From contig CAJBCQ010000085.1 in the NCBI GenBank assembly GCA_903951595.1, positions 1-51,275 on the forward strand: 51,275 nucleotides of DNA, in the 5' to 3' direction. A program made the position numbers and the translations under genes. The notes beneath the pieces are model-generated. The model was not told the origin of the DNA. It made no database searches and saw only the letters and a program-made list of their open reading frames with translations. Below, in pieces: positions 1-9,245 of this stretch. The first letter of the stretch is position 1; each line of letters begins with the position of its first letter. The stretch is from an uncultured Hyphomicrobiales bacterium. Lineage in GTDB: Bacteria > Pseudomonadota > Alphaproteobacteria > Rhizobiales > Aestuariivirgaceae.

Positions 1-142
1 AGCAGCACCCACAAAGGTGCATTGGCCCGCAAGCTGTCGGTCAACACCGGCAGAATCCGAGATGGGGCCAAAACAGGCGATAAGGACTTTGAAAGGCTCA
101 TGGCTGAAAAAATGCCAGTCGTAGGTTGATAAACATTGAACG

Positions 143-1228
143 CTAGTCTGAATTTGCATTTGTGAGTGTGCGCGAGATCGGCCCCATGGCTTTCCAAATG
201 GCATAGGTAATCATCCAGCCCACATAAGCATCCACCGCATAATGCCAGCCCAAAATGACCGAGCCGACAGCGATCACCGCTGCAAAAATGGTCATCGCCC
301 ACCCGAAGCCCCGGCTCACCTGAAATGCAGCCAGCGCAAACAGCAATGACGTCGCATTGTGCAGGCTCGGCATGGCCGAAATGCCCACGAAATTCTGGCC
401 CGTCTCATAACCGCGCCAAAGCATGTCCTGCACATTCACGGCCCATATGGGTACAGACTCGTTGGCAAGGCGCAGATAGTTCATGAGATCAGCATAAGGG
501 TCCGGAAGAAATCCGAGCCGACCATAAAAGCAAGGCCCAGCTGAAGAAAACAAGATCGCAAAAAAGCTTCCTGAAATCATCCAGCACAGGAAAAAGGAAA
601 TAAGAAACCGTAGGCGTAAAGCGGAGGGCTTTCTCTGGAAGGCAAAGAAAAGAAGCACACCCCACATCACAAAAAACCAGAGATTATAAACGACGTTCAC
701 CGCGAAGGTGATGTATGGATGGCCCAAAAACGGCTGCAGCCAAACATGCGGCAGGCTGCCGCCATGCAGCAAAAGATCTGCCCGGTAAAACCATTCATCC
801 CACTGAAACGGCTGAATTGCCGGTATCGCAGCCTTGATGGCGGTGAAATAATCCACGAACAGAAACAGCACGAGCAGCACATGCAAACCGTTCAAGCTGC
901 GGTCGGTGTCTTTGAATTCGGCCAGAATGGCCCGGATGGGGCTTTTGGGTCGCGTGGTCAGGGCAAGATGGACGGCCCGGACCGATACATATCCAACCAA
1001 AAGCGCCGTGGCGAGCGGTCCCATTCCCGCGATCGACGTCAAGACCGGCGGTTTCGATCGCTCCGGAAAACCCGCCATAATGATGCCGTAGACCAGCACG
1101 TAAGCCGCCAAAATCAACCAAAGCGGCCAGTTGGCGCTCAGGCTTCGGCGCAAGGGTGCAAAAGCACTTGCCTGCAGTTTGTCAATATTGGCAAAGGCTG
1201 GCTGGATCATGCGGGCATAAGACAGCAT
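143..1228 (-). CDS. Polytopic membrane protein of the PAP2 superfamily (PAP2_C / Aur1-like type)
   Basis: 361-aa ORF with many hydrophobic helices. C-terminal motifs SAMPSLHNA and GWHYAVDAY resemble the SxH / HYxxD signature of PAP2_C (inositol-phosphorylceramide-synthase-like) proteins. Family assigned from memory of the motif only. Confidence 0.6.
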   Translation of the reverse strand: MLSYARMIQPAFANIDKLQASAFAPLRRSLSANWPLWLILAAYVLVYGIIMAGFPERSKPPVLTSIAGMGPLATALLVGYVSVRAVHLALTTRPKSPIRAILAEFKDTDRSLNGLHVLLVLFLFVDYFTAIKAAIPAIQPFQWDEWFYRADLLLHGGSLPHVWLQPFLGHPYITFAVNVVYNLWFFVMWGVLLFFAFQRKPSALRLRFLISFFLCWMISGSFFAILFSSAGPCFYGRLGFLPDPYADLMNYLRLANESVPIWAVNVQDMLWRGYETGQNFVGISAMPSLHNATSLLFALAAFQVSRGFGWAMTIFAAVIAVGSVILGWHYAVDAYVGWMITYAIWKAMGPISRTLTNANSD

Positions 1229-1341
1229 TCAGGTTGAGATTTGCTGAAAGCCCTAGGCCCTCATACGACAGTCTTATTCACCGCCCCTTGCTTAAACCAT
1301 GCACAAGTTGGACATTCCCCGCCGATTGGGAGATTGCCGCC

Positions 1342-3240
1342 ATGAGCACATATCATCAGGTCTATGAGGGCTGGAAAGCCGACCGTCAGGGTTTCTGGGC
1401 CAAGGCCGCCAACGCCTTGGATTGGGTGAAGCCCTGGAGCAAGCCCTATGCGCGCATTGACGGGCTCGACCGCTGGTTCCCAGATGCCGAATGCAACACG
1501 GCTTGGAACTGCCTCGATCGGCATGTCAAGCAAGGCCGCGGCGATCAACTTGCCGTCATTTATGACAGCCCACTGACCGGCAAAAAGGCGACCTACACCT
1601 ATTCGCAGCTTCTGGATGAAGTGGCTGTGTTTGCCGCTGCCTTGCAGGATCTGGGCGTCAAGCGCGGCGACCGCGTGATCCTTTATATGCCGATGGTCGC
1701 CGAAAGCCTCATCGCCATGCTGGCTTGCGCGCGCATCGGTGCTGTTCATTCGGTGGTGTTCGGCGGCTTTGCGCCCAATGAACTGGCAACCCGCATCAAT
1801 GATGCCAAGCCTCGCGTCATCATCTCAGCCTCCTGCGGCATCGAGCCGGGGCGCGTCATCGCCTATAAGCCGCTGCTCGATCAGGCCCTGGAAATCGCCG
1901 CCCATGAGGTGGAATCTTGCGTCATCCTGCAAAGGCCGCAGGTGGAAGCCGAAATGGGTCCGCGCGATCATGATTGGCACGCGATATGCCAAGTGGCACG
2001 CGGGCAAGGCCGCTGGGCCGAATGTGTGAGTGTGAAAGCAACCGATCCGCTTTATATCCTCTACACTTCCGGCACCACAGGCCAACCCAAAGGCGTCGTG
2101 CGCGACAATGGCGGGCATATGGTGGCGCTGCATTGGTCCATGTCCGCCGTTTATGACATCAAGCCCGGTGAAGTTTTCTGGGCTGCATCTGATGTGGGCT
2201 GGGTGGTGGGCCATTCCTACATCGTCTATGCGCCACTGCTCATCGGTGCGACAACCATCGTGTTTGAAGGCAAGCCCGTCGGCACGCCCGATGCAGGCAC
2301 CTTCTGGCGTGTCGTATCCGAGCACAAGGTGGCAGCCCTGTTCACCGCCCCCACCGCCTTCCGCGCCATCAAGAAGGAAGACCCGGATGGCACGTTCATC
2401 GGCAAATATGATTTGTCATCTTTACGCACCCTATTCCTTGCAGGCGAACGCGCTGACCCTGATACGGTGAAATGGGCGGAAGAAAAGCTGAAAGTTCCGG
2501 TGGTCGATCACTGGTGGCAGACCGAAACCGGCTGGGCCATTGCCGCCAATCCCGTGGGTCTTGGCATGTTGCCGGTCAAGCATGGCTCGCCCACCGTTCC
2601 CATGCCCGGCTATGAAATCCAAGTGCTGGATGAAGCAGGCCATGAGGTAAAGCGCGGGGAACTGGGTGCCATTTGCATCAAGTTGCCCTTGCCCCCTTCC
2701 TGCCTGCCAACGCTGTGGCAGAATGACGAGCGTTTCCGTGAAAGCTATCTCTCCCACTTCCCCGGCTATTATGAAACTTCCGATGCGGGCTATATGGATG
2801 CCGACGGCTATCTCTACATCATGGCCCGCACCGACGACATCATCAACGTGGCAGGCCACCGTCTTTCAACGGGCGGCATGGAGGAAGTGCTGGCAAGCCA
2901 CCCGGATGTCGCCGAATGCGCCGTGATTGGTGCCGCCGATGCGCTCAAAGGTCAGGTGCCGATGGGCTTCCTCGTTCTGAAGGCGGGCGTCAGGGCCGAG
3001 AATGCGGTGATCGAAAAACAGGCCGTGCAATTAATCCGCGACAAGATCGGCGCCGTGGCCAGCTTCAAATTCGCCTGCGTGGTGCCGCGTTTGCCCAAAA
3101 CCCGCTCAGGAAAAATCCTGCGCTCCACCATGCGCAAAGTTGCCAATGCTGAACCTTTCAAAACACCGGCCACGATTGATGACCCGGCGATTTTGGACGA
3201 AATCGCCAACGCACTGCGCGCCAAGGGGCATCTGCCCTAA
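1342..3240 (+). CDS. prpE: Propionate--CoA ligase / acyl-CoA synthetase (AMP-forming)
   Basis: The ATG at 1342 is preceded by GGGAG. The N-terminus MSTYHQVYEGW..GFWAKAA..WFPDAECNTAWNCLDRHV is typical of PrpE/Acs. AMP-binding motifs YTSGTTGQPKG and YMDADGYLYIMARTDDIINVAGHR are present, plus the C-terminal PKTRSGKILR. The 62-codon extension in the ORF track (from 1156) overlaps the divergent gene and was not used. Confidence 0.8.
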   Translation: MSTYHQVYEGWKADRQGFWAKAANALDWVKPWSKPYARIDGLDRWFPDAECNTAWNCLDRHVKQGRGDQLAVIYDSPLTGKKATYTYSQLLDEVAVFAAALQDLGVKRGDRVILYMPMVAESLIAMLACARIGAVHSVVFGGFAPNELATRINDAKPRVIISASCGIEPGRVIAYKPLLDQALEIAAHEVESCVILQRPQVEAEMGPRDHDWHAICQVARGQGRWAECVSVKATDPLYILYTSGTTGQPKGVVRDNGGHMVALHWSMSAVYDIKPGEVFWAASDVGWVVGHSYIVYAPLLIGATTIVFEGKPVGTPDAGTFWRVVSEHKVAALFTAPTAFRAIKKEDPDGTFIGKYDLSSLRTLFLAGERADPDTVKWAEEKLKVPVVDHWWQTETGWAIAANPVGLGMLPVKHGSPTVPMPGYEIQVLDEAGHEVKRGELGAICIKLPLPPSCLPTLWQNDERFRESYLSHFPGYYETSDAGYMDADGYLYIMARTDDIINVAGHRLSTGGMEEVLASHPDVAECAVIGAADALKGQVPMGFLVLKAGVRAENAVIEKQAVQLIRDKIGAVASFKFACVVPRLPKTRSGKILRSTMRKVANAEPFKTPATIDDPAILDEIANALRAKGHLP

Positions 3241-3313
3241 TTATCATCGCCCCGCAAATAATCTGACTTTCAAAGAGCGAGTTTCCCGCCTGCGCGCGAA
3301 CCCGGCTTTGCCT

Positions 3314-5107
3314 TCATGCAAACTGCAATTTCGCCAGCCTTGCGTAAAGCCCACCCTTTTTCATCAACGCCCCATGACGGCCCTCGGCAATAATCTCGCC
3401 ATCTTGCATCACCAAAATTCGGTCCGCATTGCGTACCGTGGCAAGCCTGTGGGCGATGACCAATGTGGTGCGGCCTTGCATGAGTTTTTGGAAAGCCTCC
3501 TGCACCGCATGCTCGCTTTCGGCATCCAGCGCACTTGTCGCCTCATCCAAAAGCAAAATCGGCGCATCGCGCAAAATGGCACGCGCAATGGCAATGCGCT
3601 GGCGCTGGCCGCCCGAAAGGGTAATGCCGCGCTCGCCTACCTCAGTGTCAAACCCTTGTGGCAGTTTCTTGGCAAACTCCGTCACGCGGGCCGCATCCGC
3701 CGCGCGCCGCACCGCCGCCTCATCCGCATCCGGCTTGCCGAAGCGGATATTGTCGAGAATGGAGGCCGAGAAAATCACCGGGTCCTGCGGCACAATGGCA
3801 ATGCGCGCGCGCACATCATCCGGATCAGCCTCACGCACATTCACCCCATCCACCTCAACACTTCCCCGCTGCACATCATAAGCGCGCAGGAACAGCCCAA
3901 AGATCGTGCTCTTACCCGCCCCCGATGGCCCCACAATCGCCACCGTTTCACCGGCACCCGCATGCAAGCTCACCGCGCGCAAGGCCTTGTCCTTGGGCCG
4001 TGTGGGATAGCTGAAATGCACATTCTTCAAACATACTTCACCGCGTGACGTGGCCGGAAGCGGCTTGGGCTTGGCAGGGGCCGTGATCTGCGGCTTGGTA
4101 TCGAGCAATTCCGAAATGCGCTCGGCTGCCCCTGCCGCTAATTGCAGCTCACCCCAAACCTCACTCAACGCCCCCATCGCACCTGCCGCAAAGGCCGCAT
4201 AAAGCACGAACTGGGTGAGCGCCCCGCCGGTGAGATTGCCATCCAGCACATCGCGCGCGCCATACCACAACACGCCAACGATAGAACCGGTGGATAGAAA
4301 AATGATCGCCCCCGTCAACACCGCGCGCGCCAATGTGCGTTGGCGGGCCGTATCAAAGGCAAGAAAGGTCGCAGTCTCAAACATTTTCGTCAGGCGCGAT
4401 TGCTGGCCGAATGCCTGAATGGTCTGCACAGCACCAAGCGATTCCTGCGCCATGGCCGCACTGTCAGCCAGGGTATCTTGCGCCGCGCGCGACAATTTGC
4501 GAACGCGCCGGCCCGAGATAACCAGCGGCAAGATGATCAGCGGCAAAGCACCCAGCGTCATCAGCGACAATTTTGGGCTTGTATAGATCATCATGCCCAC
4601 GGCACCGGCAAGCAGCACCATATTGCGTAAGGCAATCGAGGCGGATGCGCCAAAAGCGGATTTGATCTGCGTCGTGTCTGCCGTCAATCGCGAGACAACT
4701 TCACCCGTCCGCACGGTTTCATAAAACGCTGCCGAAAGGGCCAGCAGATGCCGAAACACCGCATCGCGCAAATCCGCCACCACACGTTCGCCGATCCACA
4801 TGACGAAATAGAACCGCGCCGCACTGCCGACAGCCAGCGCCAGAACCACGCCGATCATGGTGCCGAAATATTGGTTCACCAACTCCAGATTGCCGCCGGA
4901 AAAGCCGTGGTCGATCACCCGACGCACCGCCACAGGCACGGCCAGCGATGCAGCAGACGCCACCAGCAACGCAACAAGGGCTGCCACCAAATGGCCCCTG
5001 TAAGCTGCCAAAAACGGCAAAAGCCGGGAAAGCGGGCGCAGGGATTTGGCCTTGGGGCGCGGGGCGGCAGGCTCGGCTTGGCTCAAGGGGCTATTCCATC
5101 TGTGCAA
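3314..5107 (-). CDS. ABC transporter, fused permease/ATPase (ABCB exporter type)
   Basis: N-terminal 6-TM region, then Walker A GPSGAGKST, signature LSGGQRQR and Walker B ILLLDEATSALD. The only start in frame is TTG at 5107, so the start is uncertain. Confidence 0.85.
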   Translation of the reverse strand: MHRWNSPLSQAEPAAPRPKAKSLRPLSRLLPFLAAYRGHLVAALVALLVASAASLAVPVAVRRVIDHGFSGGNLELVNQYFGTMIGVVLALAVGSAARFYFVMWIGERVVADLRDAVFRHLLALSAAFYETVRTGEVVSRLTADTTQIKSAFGASASIALRNMVLLAGAVGMMIYTSPKLSLMTLGALPLIILPLVISGRRVRKLSRAAQDTLADSAAMAQESLGAVQTIQAFGQQSRLTKMFETATFLAFDTARQRTLARAVLTGAIIFLSTGSIVGVLWYGARDVLDGNLTGGALTQFVLYAAFAAGAMGALSEVWGELQLAAGAAERISELLDTKPQITAPAKPKPLPATSRGEVCLKNVHFSYPTRPKDKALRAVSLHAGAGETVAIVGPSGAGKSTIFGLFLRAYDVQRGSVEVDGVNVREADPDDVRARIAIVPQDPVIFSASILDNIRFGKPDADEAAVRRAADAARVTEFAKKLPQGFDTEVGERGITLSGGQRQRIAIARAILRDAPILLLDEATSALDAESEHAVQEAFQKLMQGRTTLVIAHRLATVRNADRILVMQDGEIIAEGRHGALMKKGGLYARLAKLQFA

Positions 5108-5263
5108 CGGGAAACTGGAGGGTCAGACATACCAAGCCCGCCCCATAACTGTAACCAGACAAATTTGCACATGTCCTTGCGCCCCGCTTGGGGCTCCTGT
5201 ATGAACCCCTCCGAACTGGCGCCCCTGACGGCGCCTTGATGTTTTGAGGAAAGAGACCGAACC

Positions 5264-5488
5264 ATGAAGAAGGGCATCCATCCCGATTACCATCCCATCA
5301 CCGTTGTGATGACGGACGGCACGAAGTTTGAAACCCGCTCAACTTATGGTGCGACCGGCGACACCCTGTCGCTCGACATTGATCCCAAGTCCCATCCGGC
5401 TTGGACCGGCGGTCAGCAGACCATGCTCGACCGCGGCGGCCGCGTTTCGCGCTTCAAGCAGAAGTTCGGCTTCCTCGACGCGAAATAA
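5264..5488 (+). CDS. rpmE: 50S ribosomal protein L31
   Basis: 74 aa, [10 protein letters not shown]...SHPAWTG...RFKQKFG, the classic L31 sequence. GAGG-like RBS upstream. Confidence 0.95.
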   Translation: MKKGIHPDYHPITVVMTDGTKFETRSTYGATGDTLSLDIDPKSHPAWTGGQQTMLDRGGRVSRFKQKFGFLDAK

Positions 5489-5513
5489 TCGCTCAGAAAC
5501 ACCCGTATTAGAA

Positions 5514-5543
5514 CAAAAACCCGGCCTTTCAGCCGGGTTTTTT
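5514..5543. terminator. Bidirectional intrinsic terminator between rpmE and the DUF1465 gene
   Basis: The stem ACCCGGC(5519-5525)/GCCGGGT(5532-5538) has an A-run before it and a T-run after it. It sits between two convergent stops. Confidence 0.7.
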
Positions 5544-5550
5544 GTGTCTT

Positions 5551-6048
5551 TCAGCCCCCAAAGGCTTTCGCCAGCTGGTCGAGCTGCTGGCTCACCGGAT
5601 TTTCCCCGGCTTGCGCTTTCGCAGGGCTAGCAAACGACCGATCCAGCGTCAAAACCCGTTCATGCAAGCGCAGCGAGCGGGCAATGAGTAATGAAAGCCC
5701 CTCGGGAATCACATGGGATCCAACCAAGGGGGCAACATTGCCCACTTCTTCCAGGCTAATGCGGCGTTTTTCGGCCTGCGCGTCATCCTGCGTGATTTCG
5801 CCCGCCTGCATGGCCCGTTGCAGCAAAAGCCAAGAGGCAAGCTGCATCAGCCGTGTAGTCAGGCGCATGCTTTCGGTGGCATAGGCAACCGCCCCCTCCC
5901 GGTCGAGCAAGCGCGCATCCTTGCGGCCCGGCCCGTCGAGATAATCAGCCGTTTCCTCCACAAGCCCCATGCCTTCACGGAAAACGCGCTCGAAGGGCTC
6001 GGAGGACGCAAAGCGTGCCATGAAATCAACTGGCTTGTCCTCGTTCAT
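5551..6048 (-). CDS. rcdA: DUF1465 protein (RcdA-like regulator of CtrA degradation)
   Basis: Start taken at MNEDKPVDFMARFASSEPF (ATG at 6048). The helical protein with LMQLASWLLLQRA resembles the DUF1465/RcdA family of alphaproteobacteria. Recognised by eye. Confidence 0.65.
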   Translation of the reverse strand: MNEDKPVDFMARFASSEPFERVFREGMGLVEETADYLDGPGRKDARLLDREGAVAYATESMRLTTRLMQLASWLLLQRAMQAGEITQDDAQAEKRRISLEEVGNVAPLVGSHVIPEGLSLLIARSLRLHERVLTLDRSFASPAKAQAGENPVSQQLDQLAKAFGG

Positions 6049-6123
6049 CTTTGCCGCTCCTTCCCCCGCAAAACTGTACCAATCTGGCCACGAGTACCCT
6101 TCCAAGCAAGCACAGTGCCACAT

Positions 6124-6150
6124 AAAAAAAGAGCCACATAAAGCGGCTCT
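6124..6150 (-). terminator. Intrinsic terminator (minus strand), about 140 nt downstream of the DUF1192 stop
   Basis: On the minus strand: AGAGCC-GCTTTATGT-GGCTCT followed by TTTTTTT (plus-strand A-run 6124-6130). Confidence 0.55.
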
Positions 6151-6291
6151 TTGAGGTCAAACAGGGGCACGTCAAACAAGGCTGGTTGCCCAGCCCGGAG
6201 AAAATCCAAAATCTGGATTACAGTTAAATCAATAGACTGGAAAGGCTACTGAACGGTTAAGTCTTACACACATCTGCACGCCATACAGACC

Positions 6292-6477
6292 TCACAGCTT
6301 GAACACCGAATTGGCCGCCTCAGCGGAGGATTTCTTGGCCTTGATCGCCGCCTCCACCCGTATGATTTCGGCACGCAATGTCTCAATCCGAGCCTCAAGC
6401 TCATGGATGGACAGCGCCGACAAATCGCCACCCACCTGGATGGCTGCCTGTTTGCCGCGCGGTTCATCAGCTTCCAT
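6292..6477 (-). CDS. DUF1192 family small protein
   Basis: 61 aa from MEADEPRGK... The core DLSALSIHELEARIETLRAEIIRVEAAIKAKK..AANSVFK matches the DUF1192 coiled-coil signature. The longer 103-aa ORF would overlap the divergent qor start region. Confidence 0.7.
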   Translation of the reverse strand: MEADEPRGKQAAIQVGGDLSALSIHELEARIETLRAEIIRVEAAIKAKKSSAEAANSVFKL

Positions 6478-6526
6478 CGGGGACCTCGACTGGTTAGAGT
6501 TGCTGGTGAAAGCATAAAGGATCGCC

Positions 6527-7515
6527 ATGCCCCAATCCATCACTGCCATCACCGCACCCATCCCCGGCGGGCCAGACGCCCTGAAAAGGGTGGAATTGCC
6601 CATGCCCGTGCCGGGGCCGGGCGAATTGCTGGTGAAGGTGGCAGCGGCAGGCGTGAACCGGCCGGATGCCCTGCAACGCCAAGGCGGCTATCCACCCCCG
6701 CCGGGTGCCCCTGCAACACTGGGGCTGGAGATTTCCGGCACCGTGGCAGCCTTGGGCGAGGGGGCGGGCGCGCGTTTCGGCTTGGGTGCCGCGCTTTGCG
6801 CGCTGGTTCCCGGCGGCGGCTATGCCACTTATGCGCTGGTGAACGAAGCCAATGCCATGCCCGTGCCCCAAGGCGTCTCGCTGGAGGATGCCGCCGGCAT
6901 TCCGGAAACCTTCATGACCGTCTGGACCAATGTGTTCGAACGCGCCGGGCTCAAACCGGGTGAGGTTTTTCTCGTCCATGGCGGCTCCTCGGGCATTGGC
7001 ACACGGCCATCATGATGGCCAAGGCCCTGGGCGCGCGGGTTTTCGCCACCGCCGGATCAGACGAAAAATGCAATGCTTGCAAAGCGTTAGGCGCCGAAGT
7101 GGTGATCAACTACCGCACCCAGGATTTCGTGGAAATCATCAAGGCTGAAACCAAGGGTGGGGCGGATGTCATCCTCGACATGGTGGGTGGCAGCTATATC
7201 CCCCGCAACATTGCCGCCGCCGCGCGTGATGGCCGCATTGTCTCGATCGCTTTTCTGGAAGGCTCCAAAGCGGAGGTCGATTTCATGCCCATCATGCTGA
7301 AACGCCTCACCCTCACCGGCTCCACCCTACGCATCCGCCCTGTTGCCGAAAAAGCCGCCATCTGCCGTGCGCTGGAGGCCCAAATCTGGCCCCATATCGA
7401 AAAAGGCAACATTCGCCCCCAGATTTTCGCCCGCTTTGCGCTGGAAAAGGCAGCAGACGCCCACAGGCTTCTGGAATCCAGCACCCATATCGGCAAAATC
7501 CTGCTCATCCCCTGA
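6527..7515 (+). pseudogene. NADPH:quinone oxidoreductase (zeta-crystallin/MDR family), interrupted by a 1-nt frameshift near 7001-7005
   Basis: ORF 6527..7015 ends ...LVHGGSSGIGTRPS*. ORF 7012..7515 is in another frame and continues MMAKALGARVFATAGSDEKC... Read in the second frame, 7003-7011 gives TAI, restoring the canonical GGSSGIGT-TAI-MMAKALGA junction if one base is added in gcACACgg. Confidence 0.75.
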
Positions 7516-7631
7516 AAGGGGCTTGAAAACATTCTTCTTTTCAACTCGGGGAGGGCGGGGTATGAACGCTCATTCCCATTCACATATCGCCATAGCGGCA
7601 GGGCTTGAAGGCCCTGAAGGAGTGAACCCTT

Positions 7632-8360
7632 ATGTCAAACGCGCCCCTCATGCCCAAGGCCACCGCCGTCTGGCTCGTGGAAAATACCGGCCTCACCTTC
7701 AAGCAGATCGCCGATTTCTGCCATTTGCATGAGCTGGAAGTGAAAGGCATTGCCGATGGCGATGTCGCCCAGGGCATCAAGGGCATGGACCCGGTTTCCG
7801 GCGGCCAGCTTCTGCGCGAGGAAATCGAAAAGGCGGAAAAGAACTCCGATTACCGCCTGAACATCTTTGAATCCAAGGTTGGCATCTCGGTGCAAAAGAC
7901 CAAGAAGGGCCCGCGCTATACGCCCGTCTCGCGCCGTCAGGACCGCCCGGACGCCATTGCTTGGCTGCTGCGCTATCACGCGGAATTAACCGACGCCCAG
8001 ATCATGAAGCTCGTCGGCACCACCAAATCCACCATCGAGTCCATCCGCAGCCGCAGCCATTGGAACGCCGCCAATCTCAAGCCCGTGGACCCGGTGACGC
8101 TGGGCCTGTGCACCCAGATCGAGCTGGACTTTGCCGTCCAGAAGGCTGCCCGCAAGGGCCGTGGAGGCCGTGTGGAAGAAGCGCCAGAACGTCTGGCCAC
8201 CTTGCTTCCCGCCAGCGAAACCGTGGCCAAGGAAGCCCCCACCTCCACTTCCACCTTCGATCTTCCCGAAGCCGCCCCCAAGCCCAAGGAAGAGACCTAT
8301 GACGCCGACAGCGTGTTCGCCAAGCTGAAGGGCCTCAAAGTCGAACCGGACGAGGCATAA
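7632..8360 (+). CDS. DUF1013 family protein (TrcR-like cell-cycle regulator family, from memory)
   Basis: GAAGGAG RBS upstream of the ATG. The N-terminal MPKATAVWLVENTGLTFKQIADFCHLHELEVKGIADG is the conserved DUF1013 core. The C-terminal tail is acidic and low-complexity. Confidence 0.7.
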   Translation: MSNAPLMPKATAVWLVENTGLTFKQIADFCHLHELEVKGIADGDVAQGIKGMDPVSGGQLLREEIEKAEKNSDYRLNIFESKVGISVQKTKKGPRYTPVSRRQDRPDAIAWLLRYHAELTDAQIMKLVGTTKSTIESIRSRSHWNAANLKPVDPVTLGLCTQIELDFAVQKAARKGRGGRVEEAPERLATLLPASETVAKEAPTSTSTFDLPEAAPKPKEETYDADSVFAKLKGLKVEPDEA

Positions 8361-8367
8361 GCAGCAA

Positions 8368-8967
8368 ATGCGCATCCTCCTTGTCGGTGCCACAGGCACC
8401 ATCGGATCAGCGGTTGAGCGTGAGCTGGGCCTCCGCCATGACATCATCAAGGCGGGCCGTTCATCCGGTGATGTGATCGTGGACCTGATGAGTACCGATT
8501 CCATCCGCGCCATGTATGCAAAAGTCGGCAAGGTGGATGCGGTGATCGCCACGGCAGGCCACGCGCATTTCGGCCCGCTGGTTTCCATGACGAACGATCA
8601 GTTCATGGTGGGCCTGAATGACAAGCTGATGGGCCAGGTCAATCTCGTTCTGCTCGGCATTGAGCATGTGAATGACGCAGGCTCCTTCACCCTCACCTCC
8701 GGCATGCTCGACCGCGACCCTGTGCGCCTTGGTGCCAATGCGGCAACGGTGAACGCGGCCATCGGCGGATTTGTGGGTGCTGCCTGCCTCGAAATGCCCC
8801 GCGGCATCCGCATCAATGTGATAAGCCCCGGCGTTTTGGAAGAATCCGCCGCCAAATATGCCGGCTTCTTTGCCGGACATATCCCGGTGTCCTCCAAACA
8901 TGTCGGCATGGCTTATGCCAAAAGTGTCGAAGGCGCGCTGACGGGCAAAGTGATGATTGTCGATTGA
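8368..8967 (+). CDS. Short-chain dehydrogenase/reductase (short, atypical)
   Basis: The N-terminal Rossmann motif VGATGTIGSAV and its 199-aa size resemble the small SDR group. It lies 8 nt after the preceding stop. Confidence 0.7.
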   Translation: MRILLVGATGTIGSAVERELGLRHDIIKAGRSSGDVIVDLMSTDSIRAMYAKVGKVDAVIATAGHAHFGPLVSMTNDQFMVGLNDKLMGQVNLVLLGIEHVNDAGSFTLTSGMLDRDPVRLGANAATVNAAIGGFVGAACLEMPRGIRINVISPGVLEESAAKYAGFFAGHIPVSSKHVGMAYAKSVEGALTGKVMIVD

Positions 8968-9095
8968 GGCCAAGCCCCGGCCCGGCTCAGAGGCCGGGCT
9001 GACGAAAAAACAAAATCCACAAAATGTCATCCCGGCCGCAGCGTAGCGGAGAGCCGGGACAGGGCTTCTTCTGATCCCGACTTAAATGAACCGTC

Positions 9096-9128
9096 ATGCC
9101 CGGACTTGATCCGGGCATCCTTTTCCCC
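9096..9128 (+). terminator. Probable terminator of the SDR gene (formed by REP-like copy 2)
   Basis: 9-bp stem ATGCCCGGA/TCCGGGCAT followed by CCTTTTCCCC. Confidence 0.5.
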
Positions 9129-9164
9129 TTCGCTTTCTTTGCAAAGGGTTGATCTGGTCCACAA

Positions 9165-9212
9165 ATCTCAAAAGCGAAATACGAAAAGGATGGCCGGGTC
9201 ACGCCCGGCCAT
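9165..9212 (-). terminator. Probable terminator of the pnt operon (formed by REP-like copy 3)
   Basis: On the minus strand: ATGGCCGGG-cgtga-CCCGGCCAT followed by CCTTTTCGTATTTCGCTTTTG, 34 nt after the pntB stop. Confidence 0.6.
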
Positions 9213-9245
9213 GACGATTCAAGCAAAGCAGGGTGAGCCCGCCAC

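Larger units (their letters stand above)
9026..9215. repeat. Cluster of three REP-like GC-rich hairpin elements (GTCAT-stem-loop-stem-ATCC type)
   Basis: Copy 1 (9026-9060) is gtcaTCCCGGC..GCCGGGA. Copy 2 (9093-9120) is gtcATGCCCGGActtgaTCCGGGCATcc. Copy 3 (9188-9215, inverted) is ggATGGCCGGGtcacgCCCGGCCATgac. They share flanks and stem composition. A fourth relative lies at 47078-47102. Confidence 0.65.

Noticed and set aside
1-129. Open frame running in from the window start (…KGALARKLSVNTGRIRDGAKTGDKDFERLMAEKMPVVG*).
   Set aside because: Only 42 codons are visible with no motif, so it cannot be told apart from chance. It may be the 3' end of an upstream gene.
1156-1341. 62-codon N-terminal extension of the acyl-CoA ligase ORF.
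   Set aside because: The extension overlaps the divergent PAP2-like gene's start and has no similarity to Acs/PrpE N-termini. The ATG at 1342 has a GGGAG RBS and gives the canonical N-terminus.
7001-7005. Programmed ribosomal frameshift in the quinone oxidoreductase.
   Set aside because: There is no slippery X XXY YYZ heptamer or stimulatory structure, and the site lies in the middle of a conserved cofactor loop. A mutation or sequencing error is the simpler explanation.
8987-9226. 79-aa ORF (minus) in the SDR-pntB spacer.
   Set aside because: It is built from the three REP-like hairpins (translations such as PGSSPGMTV). It is convergently flanked by terminators and has no RBS. Not coding.
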